20,000 nucleotides of DNA, taken from the IMG/VR virus record IMGVR_UViG_3300021426_000069. One strand, written 5' to 3'. Positions 9,191 through 17,752 of the stretch are shown piece after piece. Position 1 is the first letter of the stretch. The number at the start of each line of letters is the position of its first letter. The notes under the pieces were generated by a model that was not told the DNA's origin, made no database searches, and worked only from the letters and a program-made list of their open reading frames with translations. Origin of the DNA: an uncultured virus (IMG/VR IMGVR_UViG_3300021426_000069) (Duplodnaviria; Heunggongvirae; Uroviricota; Caudoviricetes). Both the position numbers and the translations under genes were made by a program.

Positions 9191-10927
9191 TTAGTGTCCG
9201 AAGAACATCATATCTGCAATGTTTCTTTTTTTCCTTTTTTTCTTTCTATCTTCATCCTGCTTAATATAGTATAAACCATATTCAAAAGCAGAGAATTTAT
9301 CTTTCTTAATACTTCTTGATGCTTGTTTTAAAATAATATTAACACCTTCATTTTCTTCAACTAAATTTAACATTTGCTCTCTTAAAATAGTTGTTAAAGT
9401 AAAAGGTTTTAAATATTCTGCTCTTTTATCACTATCCATATTTTGTCCTAACTTCGTACTCATTAATTTTACTTTTGCTTGATTTTCATCTATTAAAAAT
9501 TTTATTTTTCCACTAGATAATTGAGTTTGAACATAAGTGTGAGCCTCTGTATTTATTGGCGCATTGGCTTTTATTAAATACATAGCATCAGGTTCAGTAT
9601 CAGCAGTTTTAAATTTTTTATAAAAACCTTCATCATCATTTTCAACACCAAAATTTGGTAACAACTCTCCTGTTTCTGGATCTATTTGATCTTTTACCAT
9701 GAAGTCTACAAGACCTATACCTAAACCATTGGCATCGATAACCGCAGTACGGCATTTATATTTATAATACAATCTTTTAATATTTATTGCTTGAGCTTCA
9801 AAATGCTCTTCATCCCAAGTATATAAATTAACAAGAGTCTTCAAGGAAGTTCCTTGTGCTTGCGGCGTTACCTTAAATACGCAAACTTCGGTAGTACATC
9901 CCTTACGACCAACGTCTATACCAAGTATATAATATGCACTTTTGCTACTTCTTCCACTAAATTCATATTCAGGTTGTAATAAAACTCTATGTTTATCAAA
10001 ACGTTCCGCAGAGAAGAAAGCATTTTCCGCATCTCCGCTCCATTCAGACTCATATTCACGCGCAAATGAAGCATCATTATATGTTCCGTCTAGTTTTAAT
10101 TCTTCAATAAACGATTTTCTTAATAATTTTTCCATAACAGGAACTCGCCATGTTCCTCCAAGAACTATTGCTTGGCCAGGTTCTGTAATTTGTTGAACCA
10201 AGATTTGTATTAACTTTTCATAGGCAAATGAATTTTTCCAACCAGCTGTTGTTACATAAATTTGACTTTTGTTAATAACTTCATCCTCTTGTCTCGATCC
10301 ATCCGAAAGACGACGGTCTACGTTCATGGTAGGAATTATAACTTCGTTTAATAGTGTTTGGTCGATAAGGATACACTCCTCCATTAGACCCCCAGTAGCA
10401 CGTTTACCACGGGAACTTTGTTGAGCAGCCATAATGTCTAATTTACTACCATTTTTAAATATATATTCAACCATATTTTTAGATGCTTTTGTTGCACCTC
10501 TTGACCAATCGATTTCATTTTTCATTCCTGGAATTAATTTACATATTTCTTCTGCTTTTTCTCTAGCAATTCCCGCAGCTTGTTCTTTTCCACCTGTTGT
10601 AACGAATAAATGTGAACCAGGATAAAGAACACATCTTAACATTAATACCAATACTGATAAAAATGATTTAGAATAAGCACGAGGGAAAGTTGCATAAGCA
10701 TATCTATGACGCATTACCGCTCTTAAAAACATTCTTTGATAAAAGAATAAGTGGAAATTTTCTGGGTTACTACCGCATAAAAAGTCTACAAACATATCAG
10801 GGTATTCACGCCAATACGCTATATATTTTCTTAAAAGTTCCTTTTGCGCTTTTATTCTTTCTTCTGATAATCCTACTTTTTTAGTATGAGCATTTAAGGA
10901 TAATTCCATTAAATCTGCTAATGCCAT
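9191..10927 (-). CDS. terL: Terminase large subunit (578 aa)
   Basis: Adenine-binding 'LFFYQ', Walker A-like 'PRAYSKS', Walker B-like 'GLMEE', coupling motif 'VTTAG', 'FAREYESEW', and RNase H-like nuclease 'GIDVG...IDANGLG...KDKFSA'. Confidence 0.92.
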   Translation of the reverse strand: MALADLMELSLNAHTKKVGLSEERIKAQKELLRKYIAYWREYPDMFVDFLCGSNPENFHLFFYQRMFLRAVMRHRYAYATFPRAYSKSFLSVLVLMLRCVLYPGSHLFVTTGGKEQAAGIAREKAEEICKLIPGMKNEIDWSRGATKASKNMVEYIFKNGSKLDIMAAQQSSRGKRATGGLMEECILIDQTLLNEVIIPTMNVDRRLSDGSRQEDEVINKSQIYVTTAGWKNSFAYEKLIQILVQQITEPGQAIVLGGTWRVPVMEKLLRKSFIEELKLDGTYNDASFAREYESEWSGDAENAFFSAERFDKHRVLLQPEYEFSGRSSKSAYYILGIDVGRKGCTTEVCVFKVTPQAQGTSLKTLVNLYTWDEEHFEAQAINIKRLYYKYKCRTAVIDANGLGIGLVDFMVKDQIDPETGELLPNFGVENDDEGFYKKFKTADTEPDAMYLIKANAPINTEAHTYVQTQLSSGKIKFLIDENQAKVKLMSTKLGQNMDSDKRAEYLKPFTLTTILREQMLNLVEENEGVNIILKQASRSIKKDKFSAFEYGLYYIKQDEDRKKKRKKRNIADMMFFGH

Positions 10928-12111
10928 TATTCCTCATCTCCAAGTGTACTATCTTGTTCCTTTTGCTCATTAATGCTATTATAAAATTCTTCATAGTCTT
11001 GGTCTATTAGAGTAGTAGGATCGTCATCCTCTAATATGTCTTCAACATTTTCATTCATTTCTTTTTGAATTTGAATTTTCTTTAATGCGTCTTCTATTTG
11101 TTGTCCAAACCCTAAATCTTGAGTAACTAATTTATATAAATAATTCTCCATATCCTTTAAAGTTAAATCTACTTTATCTTGAGGTATATCTGTTTCAAAT
11201 CTAGGAATAAATCCATCTTTTTCACACATTGCTACCAACTCACCAACACAATCTACATAATCATTTTTCTGTTCTTTGTTCTGTGCTGCTGTGAATTTAG
11301 CAGATTTTCTTAAAGATTCAGATACTTTTGATAATTTTTGATAGGCTTCAGTATCTCCTGCATCTAATGCTTGGTTCATTTTAAGGTTTGTTTTACAAAT
11401 TAATATTAAAGTATTCATTGTATCAGCATCTTGGATATCAAATGAATTCATCATATTATTATAATCTTTTTCTAGTTTAATCCACTCTTCAGGCTTATAT
11501 AAAGCTCCCCATTTCATAGCTAATACTTTTTTATCTTCTTGTGTTAATTCGGAAATTAAGCTATTCATTTCATTTTGAACAATTTCACTATTCTCACTAT
11601 AATATTTATCTTGTGGAAATTCTGGCGGAGCTATTGGACGCGACATATAATCTTTATTCTGCGTTTCCGCGCTTATCATAGTTTTATATTCTGCTTCTCC
11701 AATTTCTCCTGCTTCAAATCGCTTCTTAATTTCTTTTTCAAATTTTTCTCTCTCTTCTTTTTGCACTGCCCTTCTTTCGTCATTAAGAGCATTTAATTTC
11801 TCTGTATCTGCCCATCCATATTGTTTATATTGTTTTAATTTCATTTTAGATAAATATTTACCAAATACAGACATTCCATTTAAGTTTGGATTTTTTGCAT
11901 AAGCTCTTTCTCTTAATACATTCCATTCTTCAGGAATATAAGGTACATCCATTTTTTCTAATAACCATAAGTAAGTACTTTCGTCAAAATTGTCAATGTG
12001 CATAGTAAGACATTTTTTACACATTTCTGTTTTTGTACCATCTTTATAAGTATAAAATTGAGTATCTTCATCAAGCATTTTTCCACATTTTTGACATAAT
12101 TTATTAGCCAT
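10927..12111 (-). CDS. Zn-finger protein upstream of terL; candidate terminase small subunit (394 aa)
   Basis: N-terminal CQKC...CKKC; stop overlaps the terL start (TAATG); helical C-terminal half; the TerS role is positional inference. Confidence 0.5.
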   Translation of the reverse strand: MANKLCQKCGKMLDEDTQFYTYKDGTKTEMCKKCLTMHIDNFDESTYLWLLEKMDVPYIPEEWNVLRERAYAKNPNLNGMSVFGKYLSKMKLKQYKQYGWADTEKLNALNDERRAVQKEEREKFEKEIKKRFEAGEIGEAEYKTMISAETQNKDYMSRPIAPPEFPQDKYYSENSEIVQNEMNSLISELTQEDKKVLAMKWGALYKPEEWIKLEKDYNNMMNSFDIQDADTMNTLILICKTNLKMNQALDAGDTEAYQKLSKVSESLRKSAKFTAAQNKEQKNDYVDCVGELVAMCEKDGFIPRFETDIPQDKVDLTLKDMENYLYKLVTQDLGFGQQIEDALKKIQIQKEMNENVEDILEDDDPTTLIDQDYEEFYNSINEQKEQDSTLGDEE

Positions 12112-12125
12112 TTCCGCACCTCCTT

Positions 12126-13238
12126 CTACTTAGTTTTATTTTTACGCATTTCTGCACTTTTTTCATTTCTACATTGTTTACAGATACTATACCATCCGTC
12201 TTTAGAAGTGCTATTTTTAGAAAAGAATCTATTTGTAGCAAGTTTTGTTTTACCACATCTAGTACAAGTTTTCCATTTTCCTTTTTCTTTATAAGTGTAA
12301 TGCCATTCTAAATACTGTTCTTTTGCTGTTTCCGCAATCATTTTAGGAATTTTATTACGCCATAAAGATGATAAATATTCTACGGAATGAGTCATACCAA
12401 ACTCTTTTTCTAATAGCTCTTGTATTTCTACATTTTGTTTTCCATCTATTTTATAAATTAATAATTTATAATATAGTTGATATTTATCATTATTTAATGT
12501 TGCTTCTACTAAATTATCTAAATCTAACATAGCATACCATAAATCGCTACTAAATTTTCCCCAACAGTCTTCTTTTAATGCACTATAGTTACATAATAAT
12601 GCAGAAATATGGTTCCAATTAAAGAAATTAATTAAACCATTGCTAGTTGGTTCTCCATTTTCGTCTATTGTTATATTTTCACTTAAATCAGCACTAGTTA
12701 AATTCTTAATAGCATTTCCATTTCCGCCATTGGGAGTTAAACTAGTTTGTCTGTAATCATTTTTAATTATATATTGCTCTTGACGCATTTCTATAAGTTG
12801 TTTTTTTAAAAGAAATTTTCTTTTTCCTGTTGCTGTTTGAACCATTTTTTCAACTGCTTCAATACTCTCTCTTAATGTTTTTAAAGCAGGTATTTCCGCA
12901 ATATCTTTTTCTGTAATAGATACCTTAGGAGTTAATAAGACATTCTTATCTTTTATCATAAGGTTATATAATCCATCTTCTCCATTTTCAAATTTACTTA
13001 CTAATCCTTGATATGATGTTTCTCTTTTATTTATTGTTACCATTCTATTGTCTGTTAATATTTCTTTATTTTTCTTTTCTTCTTTAGTCATTGCTGAGAT
13101 TATATAATCTGCTAATATTTCAATATATTTTTTACTTTTTAATTGTTCCTCAGGTAGTTGCGCAACAAATTCGGCTCTTTCTTTTGCTGTTTTTAATGTA
13201 TAATCTAATTTTACGGGACCTTTTTTCTCTTGATCCAT
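12126..13238 (-). CDS. Putative DNA-binding protein with HTH-like segment and C-terminal Zn ribbon (370 aa)
   Basis: 'KIDGKQNVEIQELLEKEFG..HSVEYLSSLW' HTH-like segment; CTRC...CKQC; AAAGGAG RBS. Confidence 0.55.
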   Translation of the reverse strand: MDQEKKGPVKLDYTLKTAKERAEFVAQLPEEQLKSKKYIEILADYIISAMTKEEKKNKEILTDNRMVTINKRETSYQGLVSKFENGEDGLYNLMIKDKNVLLTPKVSITEKDIAEIPALKTLRESIEAVEKMVQTATGKRKFLLKKQLIEMRQEQYIIKNDYRQTSLTPNGGNGNAIKNLTSADLSENITIDENGEPTSNGLINFFNWNHISALLCNYSALKEDCWGKFSSDLWYAMLDLDNLVEATLNNDKYQLYYKLLIYKIDGKQNVEIQELLEKEFGMTHSVEYLSSLWRNKIPKMIAETAKEQYLEWHYTYKEKGKWKTCTRCGKTKLATNRFFSKNSTSKDGWYSICKQCRNEKSAEMRKNKTK

Positions 13239-13308
13239 GCCTTTGTGCTCCTTTCTTATTTGTTAAACTAATTAAAATATTTAATCATTCTTGACCTTTT
13301 CTAAAAAT

Positions 13309-13337
13309 ATTTTATCATAAATTTTTTATTTTGTCAA
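13309..13337 (-). promoter_or_regulatory. sigma-A type promoter for the packaging operon
   Basis: TTGACA(13337-13332)-17 nt-TAAAAT(13314-13309) with extended TGn. Confidence 0.75.
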
Positions 13338-13357
13338 GGGAGATTTAAGATCTTCTG

Positions 13358-13386
13358 TTGACTTTAACAAAAAAATATAATATAAT
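13358..13386 (+). promoter_or_regulatory. sigma-A type promoter (divergent partner)
   Basis: TTGACT(13358)-17 nt-TATAAT(13381). Confidence 0.8.
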
Positions 13387-13431
13387 ATATATAGATAAGA
13401 AAAATAAATAAAAAGAAAGTGAGACGGTAAT

Positions 13432-14298
13432 ATGATTTTAGAATATGAAGAAGCTTTATATGAAAGAAAAAAGAGAGATGATGCTATTACAAAAAGAGTT
13501 CAAGAGCATTATCAATATCTGCAATCAAAAGGCTATGATGTTGTGTGTACTATACTTCAAGGTAGTCAAAACTATGGATTAGATATTTATACAAAAGAAT
13601 ATCAATCGGATGTTGATACTAAGTCAATAGTATTGCCATCTCTTGAAGATTTTATCAATAACAAGAGCCCAATATCAACAGTAGAAATTATGGATAATAA
13701 TGAACACGCAGAAGTAAAAGATATTAGAGTAATGTTTGATATGTTTAAAAAAATGAATTTAAGTTATATAGAATTATTATATAGTAAAGTGTGGATTGTA
13801 AATCCTAAATATGAGGATTTAATGGCGGAAATGTTTAAAAATCGTGAAGTAATAGCAAATTATAACCGCAACCAATTTTTAAGGTGTATTGCAGGAATGG
13901 CTTATGAAAAAAGAAAAGCATTATGTCATCCATATCCAGGAATTATTGATAAGATTGAAAAATATGGATATGATGGAAAACAATTAAGTCATTGTGCAAG
14001 ATTATCTGATTTTATTGATTTATATGTTAAAGGAAATCCGCTAGAAGTTTGTTATGAAGCTATCAGACCTTCTTATTTAATAAACTTAAAACAAGAGAAA
14101 GATGAAAATGGAAATCCGCTTTCAGTTGAAGATGCTATTGCATTATGTGATTTCTATTGTAATCATGTTAAAGAAGTCAAAGATGCGAATTTAGATCCAG
14201 AAGATAAGATTGATGATCGAGGTCTCCGCACACTTGATAAAATTAGATATGAAATACTGAAGAGAAAGTTAAAGGAGGAATTAGACAATGGAAAATAA
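13432..14298 (+). CDS. Nucleotidyltransferase, DNA polymerase beta superfamily (288 aa)
   Basis: hGS...DxD signature 'LQGSQNYGLD....SDVD'; helical C-terminal domain with 'YDGKQLSHCARL' as in phage YcgL/RlaP-like NTases. Confidence 0.75.
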   Translation: MILEYEEALYERKKRDDAITKRVQEHYQYLQSKGYDVVCTILQGSQNYGLDIYTKEYQSDVDTKSIVLPSLEDFINNKSPISTVEIMDNNEHAEVKDIRVMFDMFKKMNLSYIELLYSKVWIVNPKYEDLMAEMFKNREVIANYNRNQFLRCIAGMAYEKRKALCHPYPGIIDKIEKYGYDGKQLSHCARLSDFIDLYVKGNPLEVCYEAIRPSYLINLKQEKDENGNPLSVEDAIALCDFYCNHVKEVKDANLDPEDKIDDRGLRTLDKIRYEILKRKLKEELDNGK

Positions 14299-14551
14299 AA
14301 TATTTAAGGGACTTGTATGGTTCTGTACTTTTGGAATTATATTTTTAGGAGCATTTATAATCTTTATAACTAATTATGGATTAATGCCAAAGAATACATT
14401 TATAGTTATAATTGAATCAATAGCAGTAATGATTGCCGCAGGCATATTTAATTATGCGGTGACGTCGTTTTACGATTATTGTAACGAGGTTGAAGAGACA
14501 GAAAAGAGGGAAAGTAATGAAATTACATTGGTTTGGAAAGAAAACAACTAA
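14288..14551 (+). CDS. Small membrane protein, two predicted TM helices (87 aa)
   Basis: AAGGAGG RBS; two hydrophobic stretches and an acidic C-tail. Confidence 0.7.
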   Translation: MENKIFKGLVWFCTFGIIFLGAFIIFITNYGLMPKNTFIVIIESIAVMIAAGIFNYAVTSFYDYCNEVEETEKRESNEITLVWKENN

Positions 14552-14795
14552 TGAGTTGAGTTTTAATGAAAGAAAGGAATTGCGCAAAGCTTATTTTAGG
14601 CAAGCCCGCGAGATATGTGGAAGCATTGATTATAATGGCTTTTATTCTTTTGATGATGAAAATGGCTTCCGTTATGGCGCATTAGGGGATGGTGCATTAA
14701 AAAAATTAAATGATTTAATTACAGATTTAACAAAGATCAGAGACAGAATTATTGAACTGGAGGAGAAAGATAAAAATGATGGATGTGATTTATAA
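14517..14795 (+). CDS. Hypothetical protein (~92 aa)
   Basis: GAGGG RBS before ATG at 14517 (ORF track start 14490 is TTG). Confidence 0.65.
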   Translation: MKLHWFGKKTTNELSFNERKELRKAYFRQAREICGSIDYNGFYSFDDENGFRYGALGDGALKKLNDLITDLTKIRDRIIELEEKDKNDGCDL

Positions 14796-14985
14796 TATAC
14801 TTTCATTAGTAGGAAGTGCTTATATTGTTCATTGTATAATGTGGACATGGGAAACAGATTTAAGTTTTAGTGAGATGAGATGGTATCAAAAAGGTAAAGT
14901 GATTGCGGCAAAGGCCACTCTATGGAGCATGTCAGCATTTTTGGTTTATGTATTTGCAACGATTATATGGTTGCTATTGAGATAG
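14776..14985 (+). CDS. Small membrane protein, two predicted TM helices (~69 aa)
   Basis: GGAGGAG RBS before ATG at 14776; two hydrophobic stretches. Confidence 0.65.
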   Translation: MMDVIYNILSLVGSAYIVHCIMWTWETDLSFSEMRWYQKGKVIAAKATLWSMSAFLVYVFATIIWLLLR

Positions 14986-15369
14986 AGGATATTATTTGTC
15001 GTATTTCCGAATTAAAGGATACACGCTTGTCGTGTTTCCAAATTGAAAAAACATTTGGAGATTTTTTGGACGAGGCGAAGCCGATTTCAGGAAAAAATAG
15101 AAAAAATCTCCCATAATTATCCCCCCGGTTTAATTAGCAAGTACGTTGGTACCTGAAGCCGAAAATTTTTTGAGAGGCTCTCCTTACAGCTGGGGCATGG
15201 GCTAAATAAAGACATCATTGTAAGGCCGTTTTAAATGGTTTCAGTTTTGATTTTTTAAAATTAATTTTCAGATTATTTAATAAATGATTTTTGATTTTTA
15301 TAGATTAATTCAGATTAAATAATTGTTACATTATTTATTAGATTAGTTATCAATGTATCGTATTGCGTA

Positions 15370-15394
15370 GGCTCATCGGCGGGCGTGATGAGCC
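15370..15394. repeat. GC-rich hairpin element, copy 1
   Basis: GGCTCATC-[GGCGGGCGT]-GATGAGCC; 8-bp stem, 9-nt loop. Confidence 0.8.
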
Positions 15395-15477
15395 GATTTA
15401 TATGTCAACATTATGTCAAGTAATTTTACGCTTGAAATGTCAACCTGTAAAAAAATTAAAAAAGTTTCCCAAAACTA

Positions 15478-15527
15478 TTGACTTTTTTCTTATAGTATGA
15501 GATAATTATAATGTAAGAGAAAGAGGT
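15478..15527 (+). promoter_or_regulatory. Early-type promoter P1 plus RBS; identical 50-bp copy at 18589-18638
   Basis: TTGACT-17-(TGa)GATAAT-tata-ATGTAA...GAAAGAGGT. Confidence 0.8.
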
Positions 15528-15535
15528 TGATTTAA

Positions 15536-15739
15536 ATGAAAAGAAATAAAAAAAGATATTTAAAAACTAATGTTGAAAACTTTTTAGCAAGTATTGTTAT
15601 GTTAAGCATTGCATTCATTGCTATGACAATAGAGAGCATTGGCAACAACACTTATAACATTATACTAATTGTTATAATGATAACAAATGTAATAATAATG
15701 AAGATTTTAACTAAATTTGGTAAAAGTTTTCAAGAATAA
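15536..15739 (+). CDS. Small membrane protein (67 aa, two TM helices)
   Basis: Own promoter and RBS; basic N-terminus and two hydrophobic helices. Confidence 0.75.
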   Translation: MKRNKKRYLKTNVENFLASIVMLSIAFIAMTIESIGNNTYNIILIVIMITNVIIMKILTKFGKSFQE

Positions 15740-15764
15740 AATAAAATAAAATAATAAAAAAGTA

Positions 15765-15803
15765 TTGACAATAAATAATTATTATAGTATAATTATAATG
15801 TAA
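15765..15803 (+). promoter_or_regulatory. Early-type promoter P2
   Basis: TTGACA(15765)-17-TATAAT(15788)-tata-ATGTAA; A-tract upstream. Confidence 0.85.
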
Positions 15804-15827
15804 GATAAAGTGAAAGGAATGATTGAA

Positions 15828-15995
15828 ATGTTTAAATGTTATGATTATGTTGTTGGAGAGATAATAGAAGCTTATGAAAAAGATATCTTATTAGAAGAAA
15901 TCAATGAAAGGTTTGTTAACTATAACAACAATGATACAAAGAACTTTGTAAGATGTTTATGTGTTAAAGGTGTTTACTACATTACAACAATGTAG
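15828..15995 (+). CDS. Hypothetical protein (~55 aa)
   Basis: GAAAGGA RBS before ATG at 15828; 14-bp-stem hairpin at 15970-16002 overlaps the stop. Confidence 0.65.
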   Translation: MFKCYDYVVGEIIEAYEKDILLEEINERFVNYNNNDTKNFVRCLCVKGVYYITTM

Positions 15996-16068
15996 TAAAC
16001 ACACACAATAACAATAAAGCAATAGAATAAAAACAATGAAATAAAATAAAATAATTGAATAAAAACTA

Positions 16069-16107
16069 TTGACAAATAATAAACTTTATGAGATAATAAT
16101 AATGTAA
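16069..16107 (+). promoter_or_regulatory. Early-type promoter P3
   Basis: TTGACA(16069)-17-(TGa)GATAAT(16092)-aata-ATGTAA. Confidence 0.8.
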
Positions 16108-16134
16108 AGAAATAGAAGAAAAGAGTTGATTTAA

Positions 16135-16614
16135 ATGAAAAGATTATTTATTGATTTAGATGGAACAGTTGCAAAGTTTAATGTAAGAAATGCTTTAAAA
16201 AGATTTGATAAAGAAAAAGGTTTCTTCGCAAAACTTGGTGCTTATGTAAACATTGAAGTTATAAACGAATTAGCAAAGACAAATAAAGTATTTGTGATTT
16301 CTGCAAGTCCAAACGAACAAGCAGACAAAGACAAACTTGTATGGTTAAGTAAGTTCTTACCTAATGTCAATAGTGCTAACATAACTCTTTGTCGTTTAGG
16401 AGAAAACAAAGCAAAGATAATTGAAAGCAAATATAACATAACTATCAATGAAGATTGTTATTTATTAGATGATTATTCAAAAAACCTTTTCGAGTGGTGT
16501 GCTTGTGGGGGTAAGGGTATTAAAAGACTTACTTCTCTAGCTGATAACTCAAGAGGTCTTTGGAAAGGTTTGGCTATTAAGAATTTAATAGAACTTCAAG
16601 ACTTCTTTGCTTAA
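16135..16614 (+). CDS. HAD-superfamily 5'(3')-deoxyribonucleotidase-like protein (159 aa)
   Basis: Motif I 'FIDLDGTV', motif II 'VISAS', 'K..WL' and motif IV 'LLDDY..NL..W...GG.GI'. Confidence 0.85.
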   Translation: MKRLFIDLDGTVAKFNVRNALKRFDKEKGFFAKLGAYVNIEVINELAKTNKVFVISASPNEQADKDKLVWLSKFLPNVNSANITLCRLGENKAKIIESKYNITINEDCYLLDDYSKNLFEWCACGGKGIKRLTSLADNSRGLWKGLAIKNLIELQDFFA

Positions 16615-16623
16615 TGTCAACAG

Positions 16624-16644
16624 GTGTCAACTTGACACTTTTTT
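16624..16644 (+). terminator. Probable intrinsic terminator
   Basis: GTGTCA-ACT-TGACAC followed by T6, 10 nt after the stop codon. Confidence 0.55.
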
Positions 16645-16647
16645 ACG

Positions 16648-16676
16648 TTGGCGCGCGGGCGGTCGTCGCGTGCCAA
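16648..16676. repeat. GC-rich hairpin element, copy 2
   Basis: TTGGCGCGCG-[GGCGGTCGT]-CGCGTGCCAA; 10-bp stem with one G.T pair on the + strand. Confidence 0.8.
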
Positions 16677-16683
16677 TTTTTAT

Positions 16684-16712
16684 ATTATAACATACTTGGG
16701 AGATTTTGTCAA
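16684..16712 (-). promoter_or_regulatory. Antisense sigma-A consensus promoter pointing into hairpin copy 2
   Basis: - strand TTGACA-aaatctcccaagtatgt(17)-TATAAT with extended TG; no credible CDS downstream. Confidence 0.75.
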
Positions 16713-16787
16713 CCCTTTTTTGAAAATTTTACAAAGATTTTACATTCCCAAAACCTAGAAAAAAATAAAAAAAATTTTAAAAAAGTA

Positions 16788-16826
16788 TTGACATTTGCTT
16801 TTATTAGTGCTATAATAAGTATGTAA
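16788..16826 (+). promoter_or_regulatory. Early-type promoter P4
   Basis: TTGACA(16788)-17-(TGc)TATAAT(16811)-aagt-ATGTAA. Confidence 0.85.
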
Positions 16827-16848
16827 GATAAAGAAAGAGGTGCTTACA

Positions 16849-16923
16849 ATGATTAAAAAAATGATAAATTGGTTAAAAGAAAATCTTGACAAAGATTTAC
16901 AAAATTATTACGAAAATAACTAA
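16849..16923 (+). CDS. Micro-protein, 24 aa (MIKKMINWLKENLDKDLQNYYENN)
   Basis: Only ORF between P4 and P5; GAAAGAGGTG RBS 6 nt before ATG; below the ORF-track size cutoff. Confidence 0.65.
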   Translation: MIKKMINWLKENLDKDLQNYYENN

Positions 16924-16929
16924 AAAGTG

Positions 16930-16968
16930 TTGATAAATAAAATGCTATGTGTTATAATATAAATATAA
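16930..16968 (+). promoter_or_regulatory. Early-type promoter P5
   Basis: TTGATA(16930)-17-(TGt)TATAAT(16953)-ataa-ATATAA. Confidence 0.75.
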
Positions 16969-16990
16969 GATAAAAAAGGGATTGAAAATT

Positions 16991-17701
16991 ATGAAAAAAG
17001 AATTTAATACAATTTTAAAAATGTTAATGTTATTAGTTAAAGCCTTATTTATGATAGGAAAATCAATAATAAAAATAATTTACTTAATAATTAAGTTTAT
17101 TGATAACTTAATGGCTAAATTATTTATGAAATTACCTAGACTTTTAAAAGTTGGAATTGTTTATAGTTTAATTGGTTTAGCAATTCTAAACTTTGTAAAT
17201 GTTCCAAGTAAATCAGTTAGTGCAAAAACTGAGATAACTGAAAAAGTTGCAATAGCAACTGAAAATCTTCCAGTTGAAACTACTGAAAAGCCTGTTGTTA
17301 AAGAAAAAGTTGAAAACACAACTTGTAAGTTTAACAATGAAAATGCTTGTAAGATTTATGATAAGGCTATTGAAAAAGGTTTAACTGAAAAACAAAGTTT
17401 ACTAGTTGTTGCAATTTCTACTCATGAAACTGGTTATTGGACTAGTAAAGCCTTTACTAAAAACTATAACTTTGGTGGTATAATGACAAGTAAAGGTTTA
17501 AAATCTTATTCCACTTATGAAGAAGGACTTGACCACTTTGTAAGCGTTCTAAAAAACTATTATTTTGATAAAGGTTTAACCACAATTGAGCAAATTGGTG
17601 CAAAGTATTGCCCAGTTGGTGCTGAAAATGACCCAAAAGGTTTAAATGTAAACTGGGTGCCAAGTGTAACATCAATTTATAATAGTTATACACAAAAATA
17701 A
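16991..17701 (+). CDS. Membrane-anchored glucosaminidase (GH73/lysozyme-like) peptidoglycan hydrolase (~236 aa)
   Basis: Hydrophobic N-terminus and Thr/Glu/Lys linker, then 'AISTHETG...NYNFGGI...YSTYEEG...TIEQIGAKYCP'; ATG at 16991 follows AAAGGG. Confidence 0.75.
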   Translation: MKKEFNTILKMLMLLVKALFMIGKSIIKIIYLIIKFIDNLMAKLFMKLPRLLKVGIVYSLIGLAILNFVNVPSKSVSAKTEITEKVAIATENLPVETTEKPVVKEKVENTTCKFNNENACKIYDKAIEKGLTEKQSLLVVAISTHETGYWTSKAFTKNYNFGGIMTSKGLKSYSTYEEGLDHFVSVLKNYYFDKGLTTIEQIGAKYCPVGAENDPKGLNVNWVPSVTSIYNSYTQK

Positions 17702-17721
17702 GAGAATTATCTCTTATTTTT
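17694..17721. terminator. Potentially bidirectional AT-rich terminator
   Basis: AAAAATAAGAGA-ATTA-TCTCTTATTTTT perfect 12-bp inverted repeat over the stop codon. Confidence 0.6.
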
Positions 17722-17752
17722 AATTTTTTGTAAAAAGGTATTGACTTTTTCG

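Noticed and set aside
9191..10927. Intein or group I intron in the terminase; stop-codon recoding in structural genes
   Set aside because: TerL is continuous and of ordinary length with no splicing motifs; all genes read intact in code 11
3254..13294. + strand ORFs at 3254, 6055, 7009, 8874, 9942, 10434, 10690, 11575 and 13091
   Set aside because: Antisense shadows of well-supported - strand genes; no RBS; low-complexity Ser/Phe/Leu composition
14288..14551. Holin call for the two-TM protein
   Set aside because: Topology is compatible, but there is no adjacent endolysin or recognisable family motif
14922..15116. 64-aa ORF at the start of the non-coding junction
   Set aside because: Overlaps the previous gene by 64 nt, has no convincing RBS and runs through inverted-repeat sequence
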